From Catajapyx aquilonaris (lineage: Eukaryota), in assembly GCA_000934665.2 (NCBI GenBank), contig KZ538476.1:1-64000 (forward strand): a stretch of DNA of 64,000 nucleotides, given 5' to 3'. Position 1 is the first letter of the stretch, and each line of letters opens with the position of its first letter. Shown here in pieces: positions 53,180 to 64,000 of the stretch. The notes below the pieces were generated by a model. The model did no database searches and was not told the DNA's origin. It saw nothing but the letters and a program-made list of their open reading frames with translations. The position numbers were made by a program, and so were the translations under genes.

Positions 53180-54670
53180 CACCTTTAAAAAATGTGAGCG
53201 AGCGGTGACAAATTATGCAGAATTTATCGTTGCCTCAAACGACCGATGTTTTTTTGTGGGAAAGTGATGCCACAGTGGGCAGGCCTAGTTGCCGTCATGC
53301 CAAATTAATGTCATAGTTTTGTTGTTGGTGCAGATTTTTTTCAGCTCTGATGCGCACCTTACTCTCTAGAATTGGCATCATCCACTATCATAAATCAAAC
53401 AACGTCATTACATTCATCCAGCATTTTGATGGAGCTTTTATGCATCAACACAATGACATTGTTCAGTCACCCCAATCTTTACGTAATTATTTAATGAAAG
53501 CAATTTCTTTATTACTGCATGCCTATAGTATCATTTTGGCTGTAATTTTTTTAAATAAAATTCCACAAAAATCAGCAGCCTCATTATATGGCGCTAATCT
53601 TCACAAACTACAGGAAGACACTTTGAAGATTGTTATCAATTGCTAGAAAATCAGCAGTGTTGCTAAATTAATATTACATCATTCTACAGATTATATTCCT
53701 AACAATTTATTGGATATTTCTTTTGGAACATCCTGGACGTTTTCAAATTATTGATCTTACTATATGTAAAAATCATATTTGCATTTCGCAAGTTTAATGA
53801 TTTTTCGTAGTTTGAGGTACTTGTAGCCTCCAGCTCATTAGGTTCCCCGTTCACAAACACTCGTTGCTCTGACAGTGTTATTGAACAACCTGCAGATAAT
53901 TTGCAGAAAATATAATTATTATATTCCAATTAGAAAATGCGATTTATGGAAACAGATATGCGCCGCGTTATACAGTAATACCTTTCAGGTAGAAAAATAC
54001 GTTACAAAATTGTGTTCTGAATAACTATGATTTTAATGTACTCACAGAACCTCTGGAATTCTGGCAGTCTATTCAGGAGGCGTATACTCATCCAGGTCAC
54101 TCGCAATCGACAGTCGATTGNCATCCCCATCTTTTTTCTCGTGACTGTACTGTACTCATTTTGCCTTCGTCGACCATAAATCATGCCAAGACTGGCAAAG
54201 ATTTCGAAAATATTTAACGTTTCGATTGGTGCTCATTACTCATCATACCTTCTCTGCATGCTTGAAAACAACAGCAACCTCAGACAACTATATGACATGT
54301 AGAGCTTAACGTCGTAAGTTAGGACCCATGACAAAGTGGCACCCAACTCACATCTTGGGAGCTAAGAAAGTAGAGGAAAGAAACCTCATCCTTTCGTTAG
54401 TGGAAGAGTGGGAATCCGAAATTGGAGATTTTCTACTGTAGTCTACAATCGGATTCCGTCCTACAGGCTCGACAAAGCCGGCGAAAAAAGAGGGAAAAGG
54501 ATTTGGGACCGATAACGGTTACAGGACCTTCATTAGTAATACGACATCATACGCTACAACATTCATTGTGCTGAACACTGCTATTTTTTTATTTGTTTCA
54601 CCAGCAGATATAACAATTGCTGGTTAGAAAAATGTGCCCCAATTGTTATTGTACGCAATATAGATTTAAA
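53180..54670 (-). mobile_element. Decayed hAT transposase
   Basis: Ordered remnants NNNWGT (~TDNGAN), CSAQ (~CAAH), VTWMSIRLLNRLPEFQRFCE (~TRWNST..ML.RLLELK.FC), LGLPT (~LA.PAT). Confidence 0.5.
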
Positions 54671-55137
54671 AAATCGAAATCAGTCAGCCACGTGCTATCA
54701 CTCTTTTGAAAAGTGGGAAGTCGTTGTTTCTTGCCTCCAGAGAAGCACTTTTTTGTAACCCATTTCCCCTGTCGTGTGATTTAAAAATAATTAATTTGAT
54801 TTCGTCCACGGCTTTCCTCCCTTGTGACAAGTCGTTGAAAACAAGCTAACCGGAAACGAAGAGCCATCTTTCTCTCCTTTGTCATAAAGCAAGCCACTAG
54901 AGATTTGCCGCCAAGTAAACTTTTTTCCCTGCAATATCAGAAGCGATGTATCGTTCCTCCCACGAGCCACTAGAATTCACTTTTAATAAAGTATTGCCCG
55001 GTCATACATGTAGAGGGAAGTCCCACTCAGATTGTTTCATGCCAAACGGTACACATTTTCTTATGCCAAATTACGTCACTTTATGATGTCAACATTACTC
55101 ACATCACGACTGGGCCAGGAAACATAGATTTACTGTA

Positions 55138-55698
55138 CTATCGGGTTCAAATACCTTTGGCCATTTTATCCTGGTCTTGAAGCAACCGTTCACACACACA
55201 CAGCTCCTTAAAGGGACACTCCACTCAAAATACAAGTTGGCCCCCAAAAATCGGGCAAAAAATCCTGATTCCGAATGTGCAATCGGTTTTTTCCTACGCC
55301 CAACGGTAACACGGAAAATCATATATCTACAAACGTGGTCTGCTAAGAAGGGCGATACAACAGCATCTCGCGGCAAACCGGAGAAGTATAGTGCGCATTG
55401 TAAACACCATGCTGCGCCAGGATGCTTTCTCTAGTTCCGCCCGGTTCCACTCTGGTGGCGTCGCCACCTGCGCCCACCTGCCCCGCGCGCGGTTTTCGAA
55501 CGACTCACTTCCAGCTTTCACACTGGCCTTACCGTTCGTCTCTAAGAGAAACCGCTTCTACCCTCGGAATCAGGATTTTTTGCCCGATTTTTAGAACCCA
55601 ACTTGTATTTTGAGTGGAGTGTCCCTTTAACGTGGGGTATGTGCGAAGGGTTGCTTCAAGACCATGATAAGGTGGCCAAAACTATTTGAATCCGATAG
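55138..55698. mobile_element. TA-flanked MITE (same family as 34399-34788) carrying a nested element
   Basis: TA|CTATCGGGTTCAAATA...TATTTGAATCCGATAG|TA; ~55-bp arms. Confidence 0.9.
55212..55626. mobile_element. Kolobok-like MITE, TTAA TSD
   Basis: TTAA|AGGGACACTCCACTC...GAGTGGAGTGTCCCT|TTAA; ~60-bp TIR; RR..YY termini with a TTAA target fit Kolobok better than piggyBac. Confidence 0.88.
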
Positions 55699-58600
55699 TA
55701 TATATATAGAGCAAAATAAGGATGGTTTGCCAAATACCAATTAACACTATTTGAAGCCGATTTGTCATTAATATTAAAAGAAACTTACTTGAGAGGGTCA
55801 GGTGCAGCGGATTCGTCAGGTAAACACAGGACAATATACACAGCATCATAATGAGCTCTGCTGCTGTCCTCTAGCTTATCTTGACTGACAGAATAAATTA
55901 AAAATCTGACAGGGCATTGAAAGTTGGCTCCCAACGCCTTAGGTGCTGAATGTAACTTAATGAGCTCCCCTCTTTGTTCCCATGAACAAAGTATCACCAC
56001 TAAATTCCGCATGAATAATTTTTATATATCACACATGCAAAATGTGTGTGGGGGGAGGGGAAATATTCAAACAAAGAGATGACCACTACGGCGAGTTGAT
56101 GCATCGCTGAAAATTTCATTTTGTCGTCCTTTGTCATTCGCGAGTAGGGCAGTGAAATGTGACAGGGTACCACCTCACGCTCTTCGCATTACTGTATTCG
56201 CTGAGTTGAGCATCTACATCAAGTTTTCTGTCCAACTTGGATGTGGTAAAAAAAACCGGTATGAAAACTTGCGAGAGTGCTGAATACCAGCAAATGTAGG
56301 AAGCCATTCGTATGTTTTTGAAGCCCAATGCAACGTGAGTTGACGACAAGCTCTTCTGATGCCCCCAACAACCGCACGCGCCACTAAAACTCTTATCGCA
56401 TGCTCGTCTGACGTGGACAAACTCTAAATCATGGATTTTTCTTGGCCCTACCTGTAAGAGGATAATTCCCTAAGTTTGTCACAGAATTCATCTGCCATAT
56501 ACACATACTATTATGGTACTCAAAAGCCTTGGGCGATTTTGTTGAAAGTCAACCTTTTGCCTCACCCTATACATAAAGAAGCCAGAACGATCTAAGCATG
56601 TGGAAAAAAAAGTCCAATAGTAGAAAAAGTTCCACTAATGTTGATGTTGGGTGAAAGAAACGACCGTCTCGGGAATGTTGGAGACGCGCTGAAGTGAGGT
56701 GTCGCAAAGTTGAAAGAAATCGCAGGCCGAAAGGGTCTGATTTAGGCGGAGTGGAGGCCGGATTTTAATGCAGAAGGGAAATGGCTGGAATGGCGGCTTT
56801 CAAATCCGGAATTCCCCGGGGATTCTACAGATAAAAGGCCCTGGACGCGTTGTGGAGTCTGGAGATGACGCATGAGGACCGTTCTCTTGGGGCCTGCTTG
56901 ACCATCCTATGCACGTCACACTTTTTTATATAACTTCTCCACCCCCTCCTCTTTAGAACTAGTGTGTATAGACCGCGAACTAACCATCTTGATTTTTTGC
57001 CAAAACCAGCAAGGCGTGGCACGTTTTTTTTTATAGCTCATATATCATTGCAAGGATAGGGGTCTTCAAACTAGATTGAGATAAGATGCTACAGATCGAC
57101 CAGCCGCATAAGGCATGGGTCCTATACGACATTATCTGAATGCCACTCTCTGCATAAACCCAAACTTGATAACTTAGGACGATAAAACTCTTGTCAAGAA
57201 GTGGAGTTGTCATGCCACGAATTTTATCATATATGTAAGAAATGACAACTCGGCTTTATTTTTGAAAGCATCTTAAGCTCTAAACTGATATGGATTTTGG
57301 TAGTGGGTGGCATTCAGATAAGGTGTTAAATTTTATAATCTTGTATTACACTCTAAAAATGTATGTTTTTCCACTCGCTTTGAGTGATTTTCACTTTTCA
57401 TCCACTTGATTTGACCGCCACTCGTTTTGAGTGAAAATAACTGGAGTCAATATAGGTGAACCAATTTTAAAAGTCTGCATTTTTCAGGGGGGGAAACCCA
57501 AACTGCGGTATGATGATGACAAATCGGCTCTCCCGTGTCTCATATATGAAAACTATGACGTCACAGGCTCACAGCATGTGCTCAGTAATGCAGATAGTAA
57601 TTTGCAGATGTGCAGCTTTGTGGAGGTGCCACTTTTGCGGCTCCAAATTCCTTTAGGATTCAAATACTCCAGGCTTTTTGAATATTAATGCAAACCTTTT
57701 ACTCTGATTTCATGATATAGGTTATAATGTTAGAGTGGCGGAGATTAGTGGCTAGTGTTAGTTAGACGAGTGAGATTTTCTCTAACTGAGGTACATGCAA
57801 AGAGCCGTGCTTGCTTAATCCACTTTAGCTATAACCTACACATAAGTACTCACCAGTAGTGAAGCTTGATCTCTATTCGGCGCATATAATTCATGGCAGG
57901 TGAATCTCATCCACTCTCAACCACTCTAAATTTATCACTTGAAAACTCCAATACTGTTGTCTCATTCCCATTTTGCATGACAACCACATTGCAAATAACT
58001 TTCTGAAGCGACTTTCTGAAAAACACTTCTTATTTATTCATTGTGAGACTGAGACTCAAAAGCAACATCAACAGTATCCTATTTTGTGGGATTAATTTTT
58101 TTTCTTCTGAAATATTGAAACCTCTCACGCCTTGTTTCAGCTTGTCATGCACAGCTGGTATATTGATGGGAAAGAGAGGACCATGCCCCCGCTGACATGT
58201 TTCTGGAGAGAGAGAGAGATGTGTGAAGGGTGGGAGGGAAAAGAGGAAACAGCTATAGTGGCGGCACAAAGGCATAGGACGAAGAAATCGACAGATACAC
58301 TGGTATCCTGACGAGTGTTGACATTATGTTGAAGCCTAAAAATCTGCTATAGTGATCCATACACATCTATCAAGACCAAACATCAGCATAGACTGGTGTG
58401 AAATTGAGACAGAATGAACGTAACAAAGCACCGCGAGAGGGACATATTTCAGGTGGATAATTATATCGCATGACCTAACTCTACATTCTCTACGCGGATA
58501 ATGAGGCAACCAGAGATTAGTTTCTCATCCGTACAAAATCAGATCGGTCCATGTGCCATAAAGGCATTTTTTGTCAATCAATTTTTCCGTGTTTGACTCA

Positions 58601-59214
58601 TTATTATTGTGTACATTACCATGCACTCGGCTTTGATCCTCTGGAATGTATATCAAGTTATAATGATAGCTATTTCTTGCAAAATAACTAGAGTTGCATG
58701 ATCTAAATGTGATAGGTAATAACTCTGTGATTATATACTTGGTATTGATGGAGTCCGATGTAAGACTTGACCACAAAGATGAAAAACAATAGAATTTCGT
58801 CGTGTATACCGTACACTGTCGGTGATCGGAAGAAAGGCAGAAAAAACCGGAATAAGAAAGAGGGTTAGGAAGCAGCAGAGAAGGCTCTCTGTCAATTTTA
58901 TGTTTCGATTTTCCTTCCTTCTATTTTCTAGCGGCAGGTGAAAGCCATTTTTGAATTCACTCTTGCCAATGCCAAGAGTCTTCCATATGATCCTGAAAAA
59001 ACCTTGCACTTATATCCCAAATCATGTTTGAAATGGGACGAGAGAAACACACCAGTGATAATATTACTCGGAAAATAAGTCATTTTTACAGGAGGAAGAC
59101 AAACTCCTTAAAATCGCTTCTAAACTTTCACAATGAATCGACTCAGAAAATTATTATCATACAGTAGGACCTCCGTATCCGCGGGTCTTCACGTGGATGT
59201 TCAAGCCCCTTACA

Positions 59215-59440
59215 TCTATATAAATAAAGACGGATGTGATTCTGTCTGTCTGTCTGTCCGGGACTGTTCGCCTGCCATCTGTGGTCAGCCTCCTACACCT
59301 CAAACCTCTCCCGTCCTTCCGACCCGGCCTTCCTAAAAGTGTCATGGCGGCTCTCCTGCGTGAAAATTTTGACGGGCTACAGGTATAGGTGTTTTCCCTT
59401 CATTCATTTCTTCCCGGGCAACGCCGGGTGCCGCAGCTAG
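59215..59440 (+). mobile_element. Non-autonomous Helitron, copy 3 (short variant)
   Basis: A|TCTATATAAAT...cccgggcaacgccgggtgccgcagCTAG|T. Confidence 0.93.
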
Positions 59441-60369
59441 TAGATGATAATCAACAGTTAGTGTGAAATTCACGCGAACAATAATAGTTTTCAACGTGTG
59501 CCAGTATTCGGCTCCATCAACAATCGAATTCCTTCTATAACAGCAATAAAAATTCAGCAGCGACTCACTCCCTTGCATCATTCATCTGCGTTGTTGCCTA
59601 TTCATCATATTTGCAATTCTGACTATACACATCCAATCTGATGCATTGGAGTGTGTAGTGTAAGAGCCTCCAGCTTATCAGACGTGTTTCAATGGCTGCA
59701 CTTGAATTATTTCAATCCCTCACATATCATCACCACTATACCTCGCTTCTTTGGTTAAAAAATTCCTGCATCAAAAGATCAATTCCACGAGCTCGACCAA
59801 TAATTTTGGCATCCTTCATGCTACTCTCTGCTGAGAATAAAATGTGCATAATAGGGAACACTAGTCTTCTGAATAGACCTGCAGTTTTTTTCATTACCGT
59901 ATATGCAATACTATACAATTCCAAGTTTCCAGCTTGGTGATTGAGAGTGGCTGGTGTTAATGGACGGCCTTCACATGCCTGCTTTTCCTCATGGAATGCT
60001 TGAACGTACTAGATGCAGCGCAATTTTGGATGATTTTCTCATCGTCGTCGTACATTAATGTAACAGTCATATTCCAAGAGTCTACGGAAGAACAAATAAA
60101 ATGTCAAATGTCAAATGTATCGAATAAAATGTCTGGCAGTGTGGAGTTCCTTATAAGAAGCAAGCAGGGATGTGAAGGGAGAGGAGGAGGAAGAGGCGGA
60201 GGAAGAGGAGAAAGAAGAGGGAGGAAGAGGAGAAGGTGGTGGTGGTTGGGGAGGAGGTCCCTAATCCAATATCCTTTGCTCAAGAGCAAAGGACTAGCTA
60301 GGACGCAGCCTACTCCTTTCAGCCTCCACAACACGACAGATTCTATCAGTATTTCAGGATTTTCGAACA

Positions 60370-60370
<1 letters not shown>

Positions 60371-60450
<80 letters not shown>
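60371..60450. repeat. (TTA)n microsatellite
   Basis: Read directly; explains the poly-Y ORF. Confidence 0.98.
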
Positions 60451-60974
60451 GGTGAATCTTCAACAGGGATTTCTAACTGTTTTAGTTTGGAGAATTTTCT
60501 GAGTTACAAAAGGTTGAATGAGTCTTACAAAATTAAAGCTGCATGTTTTCCCTCTAAACGAGAGACCTCTCTGAACGAAGAACTTTCACATTTATAAGCA
60601 TGGTGACTACACAATTTATGCTTCAAAAATCATAAGCATTATTGTAAGCATGGAAATAAAATTATATCTGATTCCCATCGCATCAAACAGATACCTCACA
60701 ATAATTATATTGAAATGAGGTTTCACATAGAAAAACCGTATAAATCCAGCATAAACCTTGTAACAATGTATGTAAGTAGCTACAGCTCATAATAATTCCT
60801 CGCAGTAAAAATAATCACCTTTACAGATTAAAACGCTAAGCTTTTTTTGCCACAATGTATCACATCGATCCGGTGGGTTGAATTGAATTGTCCTGCATTT
60901 ACCCTGAGAGGGCAATAATGATAAAGATTGATTGAAACGGTTTTTTTTTTGTTTTGCTTCAGATTATTTTACAC

Positions 60975-62050
60975 AGGAGGTAGAGTTTGGTGTAGATACC
61001 GTCTAATCCCAGCCTCTTCGCATCTCCAACACTTTTTCCCGTCTTTGTAAGGGCCCTTTCATGCCACGGAAAGACTTTCGTCAAATCAGAACTTCGGACT
61101 TTAGGTGTACGTGTTCCATTCTCTACCAACAGGCTAGATGTAGTCTACGAGAGTGGTCGGTAATACAGCCTATATCACTGAGGGGAGGGAAAAGCGAAGC
61201 GAAAGAACAGAGTACAAGTTTACCGGCAAAGAAGTTGTGATTTGTTAAACTTTTTCTACCCATGATTAGTTAATGTTATTTATCTGCCAGGCTCTAATTC
61301 TGTGATTTTCTCACAGTTTCGGTAACATTTAGGACAAGTTGCGGAGGAATAGGACGGACTTTTTCAGGCATATGCTTTTTTTTGTTTTTTGTAGTATAAT
61401 GGCACAGACAATCTCCATCATTTTGTACCTTGTAATTACAACATATATTCAGCATAAAACCGGAAGTAATTATTAAAATGTCTGATAATCGTAATCCTAA
61501 TGTCCCTCATCAGAAGCCATTCACAGTCCACGGATGAATATCCTGTGATGTTGAATTTAAGTCACGTCTTCGCCTTCATCCTGACCTGTTATGCAACCGA
61601 ACCCTTGTCACGTGTACAGCACAGGCGCAAAACTTTCTTTACAATACGTGACATGGAGGAGAGAATGGGCATATGAAGCAAAAGCCTTCCTTTATATCAA
61701 GCTCCTAAATGTAGGTCTTCGAAACGTGTGTGCATTACTCTGCCTTCGACTACGCATAGAGCCTAAAAGGTTTTCAAGGTAAGGGAAGTTGCATTACAGG
61801 GACGTACCCGTCCGATCCTTTTTTTTTGTCAATACTATTTTGGAACTGAATTTCTTTACACCCGGTAGAGGGCGTAAACCTATAGTAGCCTACTCCACTT
61901 TCATCTCAAATCCATTCCGTCTTCTTGGTTTCCCCATGTGAATTTGGCAACGTCAGATTTTCACAAGCTTGCACTGTAGACGATCCGTAACCATTTGCTA
62001 TCAATACTGTCTTCCTGCCTTCCATGGCTGTATTCCAATACTTATAGGAA
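60975..62050 (-). mobile_element. Decayed RTE-like LINE RT and 3' region
   Basis: TEWI*DESGVG (~TEWF.V.SGVRQG), SYAHS (~YADD), ITDHSRRLHL...RME (~I.D.IR..RL.W.GHV.RM). Confidence 0.45.
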
Positions 62051-62562
62051 TGCTTTACGAAATTATAACATACGTTCAAAATGAAGGCTGAAATGATGTT
62101 TATTAGGTATGGAGAAGGCTTCCCTTTATACGAGCCTTTTCTGGGGTATCGAAAATTTTAACAATGTGAGCTACCGAGGGAATCATGCTAACGACCCCAA
62201 CGTATCAAATATTATTTTGTATAATGTAACAGTGGTTATATAATGTTTGCAGTTATGCATACTTCTTTTCAGTTTTCAATAGCACGTTGATGTATTGAGT
62301 TCTTGTAGCTCCATATAAAAAGGGGATTTTTCAGTTAGATTCCTGTGGAAAAGTTTTCATATTATGCATTTTTGCCTCGTTTGTTGAAATATAGCCCACC
62401 ACTTGAATAGGTTCAGAAAGACGTCAACTCGGATAGAAAAGTGACTGTATCAGTCGGATGAAAGCTTGCATATCATTGTTGGTTGTAAATATTATTTTCT
62501 TCATTATTTGACGAGCGCAAGTTGGCGATAGGAAAGGTTGAGTTCGTATATCCTTAGGATGC

Positions 62563-62835
62563 ACCGAAGCAGTAGTGGTGGAGTGGATATGGTGTCCGAC
62601 TGCTAATCGGGAGGTCCTGGGATCAAATCCCGGGGTCGGCAACTCTAACCGTGGTTTTCTGTGGTTTCCAACGGTCTTTCCAGGAAAATTCTGGCGTTGC
62701 TTCCGTAATTAATAGGCCACAGCCGCTTCCTTCCGTCCCTATCCTATCCCAAAGAGCACAGTAAAATGAAAGCAAAGAGTTCTAGGCAAAACAAACTTCC
62801 CCCCTAAAGAGCCGATGGCTGATAACGGGGTATGA

Positions 62836-62906
<71 letters not shown>
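62563..62906 (+). mobile_element. SINE family A, copy 5, with long (ATT)n tail
   Basis: tRNA-like head, core, tail; TSD tatatccttaggatgc (62547-62562) / tatatcattaggatgc (62907-62922). Confidence 0.95.
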
Positions 62907-62911
<5 letters not shown>

Positions 62912-64000
62912 CATTAGGATGCTTTCATGCCGATACCTCGACCATAATGGACTTCTTGCTTACACGCTACGGTCGGGGGAGGATTAATAAACTTGCAAAA
63001 TAGTAACGCACCATAATTTATGTAAGATCCATAGAGAAGTGTTTAAATATTTTTTGACCGCCGTCGACTTATGAGGCAAAAGGAAATTGTCACTCACAAT
63101 AAACTTGTAATGGAAACTGAATTTTTCACCCACTAATATGCCTCGCATCACACTTTTATTATCACTATAATACAATATTAACAAGGCCAATTTTGTGTAG
63201 GATAGCACTAGATAGCACCATAAATTCAAGCCACGTGATTCGCATCCCCTTTCAAAAATCCTGTGGTGGACCACATGGGATGAAACAAGTAATGGACAGT
63301 ACTTGATTTCTATTGTGCAGTAATGTCAGATGGCTCGGGGATCATATGACGAGCCCGTACACAGCTGAAAAAACAAATGTCCACCACCCTCCCCCAGCAG
63401 TCATCATCGCCCAACATGTGGTGTGAATGATGTAACCTATTGTTAAAAAATGTTTCATTGCACAGCACTGACCTCACTTAAATTATCAATGTTACCGATC
63501 TTGTCAATGACCTGCCACCAATAGGAAGTGCTTATACGAGGTCTCTGAAATAATCCTGATAAAACTGGGTCATCTTGTTGAACTTATTCCTCATAGGTGA
63601 CGAGCCATAAGAGGCAGGTTTTACAGTAGGCCTGTTCGAATTTTCCAATATATTGGTATTTCTTAAAAGCCGATATGCAAATATGATGTGGCAACAATTC
63701 GATGTACCAAAAATTGCTTTTCAATATACGTATTTCAGACTTTCAATAACAGTTTTCAATATTAAATTTTGCTATTCAGCCCTTCGCCAAATATCGAACC
63801 CCTCCTGACGCTATAATACTAGTTTGTGTAATACATGACATGTTCAATCATAAAGCAGTGGCCAGTGACTTCTGCATCAACTGACTTATACATGTAATAC
63901 TGTATACAGTTATAAGACGACATCAAACGGCTGTATATGTATTGTATACTGTAGAATGTATACTTCGTATCTGAAAACAACCCACTGGAGATCTCCCAAG

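Noticed and set aside
59991..60455. ORF with RGG-rich segment and poly-Tyr
   Set aside because: Produced by a purine-rich low-complexity tract and a (TTA)n microsatellite.
62563..62640. tRNA-Ser-like sequence (also ~13040-13113, ~19290-19365, ~22610-22679)
   Set aside because: No complete cloverleaf; followed by SINE core, tail and TSDs, so these are SINE heads.

Overview
Eukaryotic, probably invertebrate (the SINE core and TTAGG-containing elements suggest an arthropod; this is inference). The window is AT-rich, repeat-dense, intergenic or intronic DNA with one assembly gap (41116-41261). I found no host gene, tRNA, rRNA or CRISPR array I can support; the short ORFs are chance ORFs or decayed transposon ORFs. 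Two layers are visible. (1) A younger layer with readable termini and target-site duplications (TSDs): several tRNA-derived SINE families (one with five copies), three non-autonomous Helitrons, and Tc1/mariner, hAT, PIF/Harbinger, Kolobok-like and unclassified foldback MITEs, often nested. (2) An old layer of LINE (endonuclease, RT, RNase H) and transposase fossils recognised only by eye from ordered motif remnants, so with modest confidence. Most notable: SINE 3' tails that differ in sequence but keep one hairpin-plus-CGGGGTA architecture across two SINE heads; a Tc1 element whose 5' half is replaced by an inverted 3' half; and a marked minus-strand bias of retroelements. No clearly new biological system is evident.
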